64,000 nt of DNA from an uncultured Dehalococcoidia bacterium (GTDB taxonomy: Bacteria; Chloroflexota; Dehalococcoidia; Lucifugimonadales; CAJWER01), in NCBI GenBank assembly GCA_964384845.1, contig CAYLLU010000001.1, positions 28,595 through 92,594 of the forward strand, read 5' to 3'. The translations under genes and the position numbers were made by a program. Positions within the stretch are counted from its first letter, which is position 1; each line of letters begins with the position of its first letter. Below, piece by piece: positions 1-8,304 of this stretch. The notes under the pieces were generated by a model. The model saw only the letters and a program-made list of their open reading frames with translations, made no database searches and had not been told where the DNA came from.

Positions 1-2
1 TT

Positions 3-209
3 AAACTGATCTTCCATCTGGAAACTCGCAAACTGTTGGGAGTCCACATCATCGGCGAAGGAGCCACTGAACTGGTGCATATCGGGCAGGCCGTACTAGC
101 CTACAACGGCACGGTGGACTACTTCATCGGTACGGTGTTCAACTACCCCACTCTGGCGGAGGCCTACAAGACGGCAGCCTTCGACTGGATCAATCGCGTG
201 GGAGTATGA
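3..209 (+). CDS. sthA: C-terminal fragment (cut by window edge) of a flavoprotein disulfide oxidoreductase, most like soluble NAD(P)+ transhydrogenase
   Basis: Frame 3 is open from the window edge to TGA at 207-209. The translation LLGVHIIGEGATELVHIGQAVLAYNGTVDYFIGTVFNYPTLAEAYKTAAFDWINRVGV matches the dimerisation-domain C-terminus of SthA/Lpd-type enzymes. The stop overlaps the next start (ATGA). Confidence 0.6.
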   Translation, partial: KLIFHLETRKLLGVHIIGEGATELVHIGQAVLAYNGTVDYFIGTVFNYPTLAEAYKTAAFDWINRVGV

Positions 210-772
210 CCCCAAAACAAGTAGTATCTCGCATAGATTCAACAGGTCAAACCATTGTAGATGGACCGGACTCTATAAGACCAGGGACGTGCGCCATCAT
301 ATTCGATGATGGCGGCAATATTCTGCTGGAACAAAGGTCTGACAACGGCTTCTGGGGCCTGCCCGGAGGCGGGGTTGAGGTGGGAGAGTCGGTTGAGCAG
401 GCCGTCAAGCGGGAGGTCATGGAGGAGACTGCATTGCTGGTCGAGGTGAAACGCCTCGTAGGTGTCTACTCCGATCCCCTCCAATACAATATATCCTCCT
501 ATCCCAGTGGCGACATTGTCCAATGGGTAACGATGGTCTTTGAATGCGTCCATATCGATGGCGAGTTGCGCATATCCCACGAAAGCACCGACATAGGCTA
601 TTTTGACATCAATCACCTGCCGAAAAACACGTTGCTCTCTCACTCAATCCGCATCTCCGACGCGATGAAATTCACCTCTCCCCCCTTCATCTTTTTGCCT
701 CGGTGTTCTGGGCTGTATATGTTGTATGGTTCTTTTAACCATCCTCCATCTCCAGCGAATGGTGGTGAGTAG
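206..772 (+). CDS. NUDIX hydrolase
   Basis: Nudix box GGGVEVGESVEQAVKREVMEETAL (GX5EX7REUXEEXGU). ATGA overlap with the upstream gene. Confidence 0.85.
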   Translation: MTPKQVVSRIDSTGQTIVDGPDSIRPGTCAIIFDDGGNILLEQRSDNGFWGLPGGGVEVGESVEQAVKREVMEETALLVEVKRLVGVYSDPLQYNISSYPSGDIVQWVTMVFECVHIDGELRISHESTDIGYFDINHLPKNTLLSHSIRISDAMKFTSPPFIFLPRCSGLYMLYGSFNHPPSPANGGE

Positions 773-808
773 TAGACCATATATGCTTCCATTATGTGTG
801 AAGAGATG

Positions 809-1663
809 TTAGGTGGCTACCTTGCGACCCTTCAGGCGACGATCATGGAACAGGTAGTGATTCGCATACCCGGCGTAAGCGCCAAAGTGACTACTTGCCC
901 AGGGCCGCATCGCCTTACGTGACATCTTAGTCCCCTCCAGATACCAGTCCTGCAGGGCCCTCTCGATCCACACATCGACCGGGAACGCCTCTGGTTTGTC
1001 AAGTGAAAAGAGAAGGACGCAGTTTGCGACTTTATCGCCTACGCCGGCCAGGGATATTAGAGCCTCCAGAGCCTCCTCATAACTATCCTCCCGCAAAGGC
1101 ATAAGATCGATTCTGCCAGTAGCAATCATTTGGGCGGTTGACGCCACATACTCCGCGCGGTAGCCGAGGCCCAGCCCACGCAGTGGGTCCGGGCCGACAT
1201 CAGCAAGATCATGGGGCGTCGGGAACGTGTACCTTGTCAGCCCGTCCAGCTCCACAGGTCGCCCAAAGGTAGTACAAAGTGCCTCTATGTTTCGGGTGAT
1301 ACGCGAGATATTGGAAGCCGACGAGCAGATGAAGGACACTAGGCACTCCCAAGGATCCTGCCGCAAGATGCGCATGCCCGGATAGCGGTGTATCGCCTCG
1401 CGGAGCCGCTCATCTTTCAGCATTGACTCATAGACATTTTCCAGATCGGTTCCGAGACCCAGGTAGTCCCGAAGCAGCAGATCTATTGATGGTTTGATCT
1501 CCGATGCACAACGTATTTCGAGCCCTCCTGCAACCTCTCTCAACTTCACTATCCCCCCGAAGATGACACCATGGAACCAGTCTTCGTCTTTTCTCCAGCG
1601 GAACGCTTGCCCACTAAGAAGTGTGCTCTTCAGATCCAGGGGCTCCAAAAGAGGCATCCACAT
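809..1663 (-). CDS. ogg: 8-oxoguanine DNA glycosylase / DNA lyase (HhH-GPD family)
   Basis: OGG-type N-terminus (LSGQAFRWRK). HhH-GPD region LISLAGVGDKVANCVLLFSL...FPVDVWIERAL. SD-like AGGAG upstream of the ATG. Confidence 0.8.
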   Translation of the reverse strand: MWMPLLEPLDLKSTLLSGQAFRWRKDEDWFHGVIFGGIVKLREVAGGLEIRCASEIKPSIDLLLRDYLGLGTDLENVYESMLKDERLREAIHRYPGMRILRQDPWECLVSFICSSASNISRITRNIEALCTTFGRPVELDGLTRYTFPTPHDLADVGPDPLRGLGLGYRAEYVASTAQMIATGRIDLMPLREDSYEEALEALISLAGVGDKVANCVLLFSLDKPEAFPVDVWIERALQDWYLEGTKMSRKAMRPWASSHFGAYAGYANHYLFHDRRLKGRKVAT

Positions 1664-1886
1664 GAGCTATCTCCTACCCTTATATGTTGAGTACACATTT
1701 GACAACTCCCTTGTTCATTTCCTAACCAGAATGAAAGAATATGGAAGTTATTGCGAAGAGCACCGCCAAATATCCGGTAAAAGGGCTGCTCCCCTATAGA
1801 CACCGCCTCGAAACCGGCACATTCTCAACATAAGATCTTGACTTCATATACGAATCACCTCTCTCAACGTACCCATCCCGGCCCAA

Positions 1887-4703
1887 CTAAGCGCGCGCAG
1901 AGCCGCCAGCACGGAGCCAGGTTTTGATTTCCTCGCCTAGGACTGCGAGAGGGGCCGCGTTGATGGGAACGGGAGGAAGTGAGTCTATGAAAGTCTTGCC
2001 ATAGTTGCGGGAAACGGTCCTCCGGTCGAGTATCACAACTATACCTCGGTCTGTCCTTGTACGAATTAGACGACCAAAACCCTGTCTGAGGCGGAGTATA
2101 GCCTGGGGCACAGCGTACTCGTCGAAGGGTCTCTCGTACAACTCTGAGCGAGCAGCAAATACCGGTTCGGTGGGCACCGAGAAGGGCAGCCGCGCCACCA
2201 GCAGTACCTTCAACGCATCGCCAGCCAGGTCGACGCCCTCCCAAAAACTGGATGTCCCAAGTAACACGGTCTTGGGATTCTCGACAAACCTCCTGAGCAG
2301 CTGATGGGGCGTACCATCGACGCCTTGAGCCAGCACATCAAAGCCGCGTGACTGAAGCTGGCCTCTGATGGCTACTGCGGCTGCCTGGAGTGACGCATAG
2401 GACGTAAACAGGGCCATAACGCTTCCACCTGCGGCTACGGTCGAATCGACTATAGCTTGCTCGACGGCAGTCTGGTAGGCCCAGGAACTGGGTTCCGGCA
2501 TATCTGCTGGCACACAAAGTAGCGCGGCTGTGGGATAGTCAAACGGCGATCCTACAAGTAGCTCGTCGGCATCGCTAAATCCTGTTCTTTCGCGTACAAG
2601 ATCGAAAGTACCACCAGTACTAATGGTGGCGCTGGTGAGAATTACGGAGCGCTTCTGGGAGTAGAGTTTTTGCTCCAGGTGCTCTCCAATGTGGACAGGG
2701 GCCGCGTAAAGGGTCATGCCACCGGATCTCTTCGCACGGCGCAACCAATAAATTACGTCGCTCTCGGGCTGTGGCACAAATTCCATGAGGTGCTGTCGGA
2801 GTTCAGCATTACGTTGCAGGATGTTGGACGTCTCCAACAGAAGTGCCTCGTAGTCCAGTACTCTGGCATCCTCCAGCCCTTCGAGAGACATGAGTAGGGC
2901 GGAAAGATCGTTCTCAAGCTCGGACAGGAAAACATTCGCTGTCTCCCACTGGATCTCCAGGACCGACCAAACAGGTTGGCTCCTGGTGGCGCTAGTGATA
3001 CGAGCCTCTCGGTCGAAGGCCGGGTCACCGTGGGGTTGATCGTCGAGGATGGTGCTGAGGATGGCGAACACACGGCCGAGGCTATCTCGGACCGACGGGA
3101 GTGTGGCGACGATTCTGGCTGAGACCTCGTCTATAGTGCCGCGCCGTGTCTCCACGGCTGAGGATCCGCGAAAGGATGCGGCCAAACTGCGGAGTAGTCC
3201 ACTATCTCCACCTAAGAGTTTCAGATGGTCATCAATACTGGATTGCCCGATCTCGAAACCAAGATGACTGGTGGCTACTTCCTCCAGATGCTGCGCCTCG
3301 TCGATGATCAGGACGTCATAGTCCGGGATTAGGGCTCGTCCAGTGGCTAGATCGGACATCAAAAGCGCATGATTCACGATCACAAGATGCGCGCCGGCAG
3401 CCCGATCACGAGCGGTCCTTAAGAAGCAAATTCCGTTGAGTCCACTGCAGTCCACGGCACCCTGGGCAGAAATCTTGGCCCATGGCCCGGACGCCCTGCG
3501 GTTGGACAGGTTGATTTCAGCTCGGTCCCCTGCGGGGGAGTCTCGAAGCCACACCAGTATCTTCGAGAGCAACCGAGCCTCGTCAACACTGAGATTGTCC
3601 GCTCCGCGCATCAATGACCAACGCTTCAAGCACAAGTAGTTGGCCCTGCCCTTAAGAATCGTAAACTTGAAGTCATCCATGGACACGCCATCTACGTGCG
3701 AGAGGGCTTCGACCATGGCAGGAACGTCCTTTGAGAAAAGTTGCTCCTGTAAATTAATCGTGTTAGTGGATACGACGACTCTGGCGTCGTTCTTGATCGC
3801 ATACAAGGCTGCAGACAAAAGGTAAGAGAGGGACTTGCCGACACCGGTGCCGGCCTCAACGATTAGTCGATTGCCCTCGCTGATGGCTTTCGCTATAGCC
3901 CTGGCCATCGCCACCTGCTCGGGGCGCTCCTCGAAACCATCCATCGTCTCCGCAACTGGGCCATCCGTGCTCAGCAGAGATTCGACGAGATCTGGGTCTA
4001 CGCGCTCAATATACTTGTTGGGGCGCAGGGATTTGGTGCGTTTCAGTCGTCCTCGCAACATGGTGAGATCTATTCCCGTCATGCCATGGCCACCGGGGGA
4101 TGACTGTGCAGTGGACCCGCTCGCGGCTATCTTGTACGCCTCCAGTCTCCGCAGTAAGTACGACAGTACCCATCCGGAACGAGTAGCGAGCCTGTCCATC
4201 TCTGCCAGTGTGTAGACATCGAGATCGGAGGCCATGCCCACCAATCGCAGGAATACGCCCATGGTAGCTATGGCGTCGTCCAAGGCTCGGTGAGGCCGGT
4301 CATGGATGGCCCCGAACTGGGTCGCAAGACCCGAAAGAGTGTAATCAGGGCAATTCGGCAACATGACGTACGCTAGATCCCAGGTGTCGGTACGTGGATT
4401 GGACAGGCGGAGACCTTTTGCAGTTAGGAATCCAAGATCGAAAGCGACATTGTGCCCGACTATCGGCGCGTCACCCAGGAAAGCCGCCAACTCGCCGGCG
4501 ACCCGCGAGAACGAGGGCGCGGTGTCGACATCCTGTTGCGCAATTCCCGTGAGGCGCTTGATGAAGGGACCCAGAATACGGTTGGGATTGACAAAGGTCT
4601 TGAAAGTATCGACCGTCTCGTCTCCCCTGAACTTGACTGCCCCTACTTCGATGATCTCTTCGCTATCAGGCGATAGTCCAGTGGTCTCGAGGTCCAGGGC
4701 CAC
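1887..4703 (-). CDS. dinG: DinG-family ATP-dependent DNA helicase with N-terminal DEDD 3'-5' exonuclease domain
   Basis: N-terminus ALDLETTGLSPDSEEIIEVGAV...HNVAFDLGFL...HRALDDA (DnaQ-like exonuclease motifs). Then AGTGVGKS (Walker A), DEAQHLE box and the Rad3/DinG C-terminal helicase motifs. 938 aa. Confidence 0.85.
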   Translation of the reverse strand: MALDLETTGLSPDSEEIIEVGAVKFRGDETVDTFKTFVNPNRILGPFIKRLTGIAQQDVDTAPSFSRVAGELAAFLGDAPIVGHNVAFDLGFLTAKGLRLSNPRTDTWDLAYVMLPNCPDYTLSGLATQFGAIHDRPHRALDDAIATMGVFLRLVGMASDLDVYTLAEMDRLATRSGWVLSYLLRRLEAYKIAASGSTAQSSPGGHGMTGIDLTMLRGRLKRTKSLRPNKYIERVDPDLVESLLSTDGPVAETMDGFEERPEQVAMARAIAKAISEGNRLIVEAGTGVGKSLSYLLSAALYAIKNDARVVVSTNTINLQEQLFSKDVPAMVEALSHVDGVSMDDFKFTILKGRANYLCLKRWSLMRGADNLSVDEARLLSKILVWLRDSPAGDRAEINLSNRRASGPWAKISAQGAVDCSGLNGICFLRTARDRAAGAHLVIVNHALLMSDLATGRALIPDYDVLIIDEAQHLEEVATSHLGFEIGQSSIDDHLKLLGGDSGLLRSLAASFRGSSAVETRRGTIDEVSARIVATLPSVRDSLGRVFAILSTILDDQPHGDPAFDREARITSATRSQPVWSVLEIQWETANVFLSELENDLSALLMSLEGLEDARVLDYEALLLETSNILQRNAELRQHLMEFVPQPESDVIYWLRRAKRSGGMTLYAAPVHIGEHLEQKLYSQKRSVILTSATISTGGTFDLVRERTGFSDADELLVGSPFDYPTAALLCVPADMPEPSSWAYQTAVEQAIVDSTVAAGGSVMALFTSYASLQAAAVAIRGQLQSRGFDVLAQGVDGTPHQLLRRFVENPKTVLLGTSSFWEGVDLAGDALKVLLVARLPFSVPTEPVFAARSELYERPFDEYAVPQAILRLRQGFGRLIRTRTDRGIVVILDRRTVSRNYGKTFIDSLPPVPINAAPLAVLGEEIKTWLRAGGSARA

Positions 4704-4859
4704 CCACGTATCTTCGAGAGGCGAGACGCCATGCTCAAAGAGCGTCAGAGCCAGACTGGCAGCTGATCCTTTGGATATCGATGTGGGAGTAGAGTTGTGG
4801 TCTGTCAGGGGTAAATCCGGTTGCTGTTCTAGCCGAGATTGTACCAGAACCAGTCCCGA

Positions 4860-5033
4860 TCACGACACCATTAAAGGGGCCTTGTGGTATCCAGTGAGGC
4901 CGCTCAGAACGTTGCCGAGCACAATGGATACCTGTGCGTTGCCAAGGCCATCGTCAACCCTGACGATTACCGCTAAGGCCTTGTTGACCCGGAGGGCCTC
5001 GTCGTGGTCCACTTTGCCTGTGTGTAGTGTCAT
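4860..5033 (-). CDS. hypothetical small protein (57 aa)
   Basis: Below the ORF-track size cutoff. ATG at 5033..5031, TGA at 4862..4860, product MTLHTGKVDHDEALRVNKALAVIVRVDDGLGNAQVSIVLGNVLSGLTGYHKAPLMVS. By my hand count about 70% of third positions are G/C, similar to confident genes nearby. No family recognised. Confidence 0.3.
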   Translation of the reverse strand: MTLHTGKVDHDEALRVNKALAVIVRVDDGLGNAQVSIVLGNVLSGLTGYHKAPLMVS

Positions 5034-5252
5034 GTAATAGGAACGGGGAGCTCAGATCGGTAGTCTAGCAGGTCTAGCCCCATCGACACTGACCTCGACA
5101 TGCTGCACGCCCAGGTTGCCGATCAATACACTGCCCCAACAATATCTCCTCCAAGAGGGGGCCTGTGTTGCGCCAGGGCACGTCTATGCACGACATGGTG
5201 TCGATCACCAACGCTCCTTCCAAAACGAGTGCGGATTGGAGAGCGATCACCC

Positions 5253-5669
5253 TCACCTCGCCAAAAATGGAAGTAGCCAACCGAAGATACTGGCGATCAC
5301 TAGCATTGTTACGGCAATACCCAGCCGGGCGCTCCTAAGCAGCAACGCGAATGGGGCTGCCATCATCACCAGGATAATCACTATAGCCACGGTGTACACG
5401 AGATGCGGACTGCCGAGTCCGCCAATGGTCGTCTCTTTGAAAGTAGCACCATAGAGAATTCCCACGACGGCGCCCACCAGGGTCCATGTGGGGTATGCAA
5501 TCACGACCAGTCCCATCGTCACATAGATAGGATGCACCCTTCGCAGCAGCGCTTGGAACCAGGGTGAGGGATTCTTCGACATCTGGAAGAGGATGATCGG
5601 ACCAACAAGAACGGTAACGGCGGCCATCAGAAGGCCACTGAATATGCCGGCAATGACGTCGCTATTCAT
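5253..5669 (-). CDS. small integral membrane protein, unknown function
   Basis: 138-aa hydrophobic product (MNSDVIAGIFSGLLMAAVTVLVGPIILF...; about 4 TM helices). Start taken at ATG 5669..5667, which overlaps the ispE stop (ATGAATAG). The 226-aa track ORF extends through the ispE 3' end with a non-membrane-like Arg/Cys-rich extension. Confidence 0.6.
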   Translation of the reverse strand: MNSDVIAGIFSGLLMAAVTVLVGPIILFQMSKNPSPWFQALLRRVHPIYVTMGLVVIAYPTWTLVGAVVGILYGATFKETTIGGLGSPHLVYTVAIVIILVMMAAPFALLLRSARLGIAVTMLVIASIFGWLLPFLAR

Positions 5670-6573
5670 TTGTCCTAAATCCCGGTGGCTGCCACAATGG
5701 CACTGCGTTGGCCTCCCAACCGTGTTTGTGGCGGAGCATGAGCGCCAGAGCTGTGCCAAGTTCGCGACGCGACACGGGTGCATACAATGATGGCCCTGAA
5801 CCCGCGACATGTACCTCCTTCGCACCCAGGGCAGTGAATGCGTCCCAGTACTCCTCAAGGCCAGGGAACGCCTCGTGTACCACGTTGTCGAAGACATTGA
5901 ACAGAAACTGCGGTGGGACGTCGCTGCCACCACGGATGCGTGCTTCGAGCTTCCTGGTCAACAATCCGCCGGTGTGTTGATCCGGAGTCAGTGCGGCATA
6001 AAGAGATGCCGTCTTATCCGATACAGGGATGTTGGGGCTGAGAATTACCACCCACTGGATATCCGCAGCGGGCAACGGCCGTACTAGTTCACCACGACCG
6101 TGCACCATCGCGGTACCCCCTCTTAGGAAGAACGGCACGTCAGAACCAAGGCGTGCCGCGATCCCTTGAAGAACGTCGCGTGAAGGATCGCCCCCCCACA
6201 ATCGGTTGAGCCCTACTAATGCAGCAGCCGCGTCACTGCTCCCTCCACCCAATCCCGCCGCTACCGGTATAGACTTCTGGAGCATTATCCGTGCACCTTG
6301 GCTAACACCAGTGATCTCCTTGAGCATGGTCGCGGCTTTAAGGATCAGATTGTCATCTGTGACCATGTCTGGGGTGTCGCTCTCCAGAAATAGGTCATCG
6401 GCGAGTTCCAGGGTCAGCGTATCGTAGAGGCCGACTGTCTGGATGATACTGACTATCTCGTGGTAGCCATCGGGTCTCTTCCCAAGGACCTCCAAAGTCA
6501 AATTTATTTTGGCGTGGGCTTTTATGTCTATCGATTGCATGTTAGTTTTAATATCTGGGTTCGTTGACCCCAA
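5662..6573 (-). CDS. ispE: 4-diphosphocytidyl-2-C-methyl-D-erythritol kinase
   Basis: KINLTLEVLGKRPDGYHEI N-terminal motif and GHMP-kinase loop PVAAGLGGGSSDAAAAL. Confidence 0.9.
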   Translation of the reverse strand: MGSTNPDIKTNMQSIDIKAHAKINLTLEVLGKRPDGYHEIVSIIQTVGLYDTLTLELADDLFLESDTPDMVTDDNLILKAATMLKEITGVSQGARIMLQKSIPVAAGLGGGSSDAAAALVGLNRLWGGDPSRDVLQGIAARLGSDVPFFLRGGTAMVHGRGELVRPLPAADIQWVVILSPNIPVSDKTASLYAALTPDQHTGGLLTRKLEARIRGGSDVPPQFLFNVFDNVVHEAFPGLEEYWDAFTALGAKEVHVAGSGPSLYAPVSRRELGTALALMLRHKHGWEANAVPLWQPPGFRTNE

Positions 6574-7378
6574 ATTCCCATTTGGTGAACAGTTCAGACC
6601 ACTCTTTCAAGGTCAATGTTTGAGCCCTTCGTTTTGGGTCGATGCCGACTGCGGCCAGCATAACCTCGGACTCCGAGGGCGGGATGCCCAAGCCGGCCGA
6701 TAATGAGTTGCGAATCTGCTTTCTGGGTGTGTGGAACCCCGCGCGGACCAGCGAAAAAAAATGCGCAGGGTCTTCCATCTGCACGACGGGCTCGCCGTAG
6801 ACGTCGATTCGTACGACAGCGGACGTGACATTGGGCCGTGGCTTGAAAGCTCGGGGCGGAACGCTGCAGACGATGCGCGGGTTCCCGTAGACCTGGATGG
6901 CGACGGACAGCATCGTCATCTTGCCAGGGGTGGCGCACATTGTCCGCGCCACCTCGCGCTGCACCATGACGACCATCACCGCGGGTTTATGTTCCACCTC
7001 CAGAAAGCGTCGGATGATCGGGGATGCCGCGTAGTAGGGAAGATTGGCGACCAATTTGTAGGGCGTCCCAGCGGGCACCAGCGTATCGGTATCCACATCG
7101 CGGGCATCAGCCTCTACAACCTCGACCTGGGGCATGTCGCGGAAGGCATCCGAGAGCCGCCGGCTCAACTCGCCATCGATCTCGAGAGCGACAACGCGGC
7201 CAGCTCTCTCGGCCAAGACACGAGTTAGCATGCCTCGCCCCGCTCCAATCTCAAGAACCACGTCATCGGGAGCCAGGCCGGCTGCGGCCAGGATTCGTCC
7301 TCTGACACGAGTGTCGACCAGGAAGTTCTGGCCCAGAGACTTCTTGGGAGATGGCGGACGACCAGCGGATGTAGCCAA
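6548..7378 (-). CDS. rsmA: 16S rRNA (adenine1518/1519-N6)-dimethyltransferase
   Basis: KKSLGQNFLVD, SAM motif LEIGAGRGMLT, and NLPYY. Overlaps the ispE start by 26 nt. Confidence 0.9.
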   Translation of the reverse strand: MATSAGRPPSPKKSLGQNFLVDTRVRGRILAAAGLAPDDVVLEIGAGRGMLTRVLAERAGRVVALEIDGELSRRLSDAFRDMPQVEVVEADARDVDTDTLVPAGTPYKLVANLPYYAASPIIRRFLEVEHKPAVMVVMVQREVARTMCATPGKMTMLSVAIQVYGNPRIVCSVPPRAFKPRPNVTSAVVRIDVYGEPVVQMEDPAHFFSLVRAGFHTPRKQIRNSLSAGLGIPPSESEVMLAAVGIDPKRRAQTLTLKEWSELFTKWEFGVNEPRY

Positions 7379-7382
7379 GGCC

Positions 7383-7817
7383 TTAGTAGGCGCGTTCCCA
7401 AACGAGCACGCCAGTCACCTTTCGACCACCGAATGGGATCGGCGGCGTAGTCAACGTCAGAGCATTTTCAGAAACAGCAAAAAAACGCTGTTGAGTTACG
7501 TCCTGCCAGTTGGGAAACAGGCTAACGTCAACGTTGTATTTCAAGTAGCCCTGCACTTCGTTCACGTCATATGCCCCGAGTAGCCAATATAACCAGTATA
7601 CTCCGCTCAAATCTCATCGCCGGCACAATCCTGCAAATAGTCGGATGCGAGGTGAGGGCATCCGGCGCGAGCAAGTTACACGGAGAATTTGCCGGTGGCG
7701 TCGGAAATCAGCACCCCGTGGCGGTCGTCTAACGAATGGCCGACCGGATGCGCCGTCGAAAGCTCCCATTTCAAAACCTAGGAGCCTTCGGGTACTTACC
7801 GGATCCGATAGCGCCAT
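7383..7817 (-). pseudogene. decayed lipocalin-like domain gene (PF13924-like), disrupted by frameshifts and in-frame stops
   Basis: The N-terminal piece from ATG 7817 (MALSDPVSTRRLLGFEMGAFDGASGRPF) and the C-terminal piece (AYDVNEVQGYLKYNVDVSLFPNWQDVTQQRFFAVSENALTLTTPPIPFGGRKVTGVLVWERAY) share one frame. The family-like middle (GVLISDATGKFSV*LARAGCPHLASDYLQDCAGDEI*AEYTGYIGYSG) is only readable in a shifted frame and contains TAA and TGA. Total span is 145 codons, the normal size for this family. Confidence 0.5.
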
Positions 7818-7899
7818 GAACCCCTCTGCATATCTGCACTGTGGCAGGCTTCGAAAATCCACTTGCGACCGCAAATCAGGTTACAGGTCCAACTCCACA

Positions 7900-7930
7900 C
7901 CCAAAACCAACCCCCAGAACCCCGGGGGGT
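7900..7930 (-). terminator. candidate intrinsic terminator downstream of the SRP RNA
   Basis: Minus strand reads ACCCCCCGGGGTTCTGGGGGT followed by TGGTTTTGGG. This is a GC stem (ACCCCC/GGGGGT) plus a U-rich tail about 20 nt after the predicted RNA 3' end. Confidence 0.45.
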
Positions 7931-7949
7931 CTAGAGGCTAGAGGAAAGG

Positions 7950-8225
7950 TTGGCCGTGCACCTCCGGTTCGATCGCCCACGAAAGCATACCGTTTGGGGA
8001 TGGCTCAAGCCAGGCACTCCTACGGCACCCGGAAGCCACTGCTTACCGCTGCTTCCTTCCGGACCTGACGGGGTTCACAGGTTTCCGCCGCGTAGGACCC
8101 GGCTCTCAACACCACCTTCCAAGGGCAGTGGCTTCGAGGATTAGACCTCAAAGGAGGAATTCAGCCTCGCTAGAGCGGATTGCGAGTACAGGGCACCGCT
8201 ATCTCCCCGCCTAGCACGACCAGTC
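7950..8225 (-). ncRNA. ffs: signal recognition particle RNA, long (Bacillus-type, Alu-domain-containing) form
   Basis: Minus strand contains the domain IV core GUCAGGUCCGGAAGGAAGCAGC (plus-strand 8048-8069). It also has a 5' Alu-domain-like segment GGCGGGGAGAUAGCGGUGCCCUGUACUCGCAAUCCGCUCUAGCGAGG (about 8168-8215). A closing helix pairs 5' UGGUCGUGC with 3' GCACGGCCA. About 275 nt; ends are +/-5 nt. Confidence 0.85.
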
Positions 8226-8228
8226 TCA

Positions 8229-8258
8229 ATGGTAGCTGACGAGCATTCGGGGTGTCAA
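8229..8258 (-). promoter_or_regulatory. candidate sigma70-type promoter of ffs
   Basis: Minus strand has TTGACA (8258..8253), an 18-nt spacer, then TACCAT (8234..8229). This places the TSS at about 8222-8225, matching the predicted SRP RNA 5' end. Confidence 0.45.
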
Positions 8259-8304
8259 CGAAAATGACCCTCAATTACAGGGCACACCAACAACCTGTAG
8301 AAGG

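Noticed and set aside
5074-5280. 68-aa minus-strand ORF downstream of the small membrane protein
   Set aside because: It overlaps the membrane-protein 3' end by 28 nt, and has a TTG start, no SD and no family motif. Its third-position GC is compatible with coding (about 62% by my hand count), so it cannot be excluded, but there is not enough support to call it.
7614-8144. ORFs 7614-7874, 7645-7941, 7841-8068 and 7950-8144 called across this stretch
   Set aside because: The region is explained by the SRP RNA (7950-8225), its terminator and the decayed lipocalin-like gene. The ORF products are Arg/Pro-rich and not protein-like.
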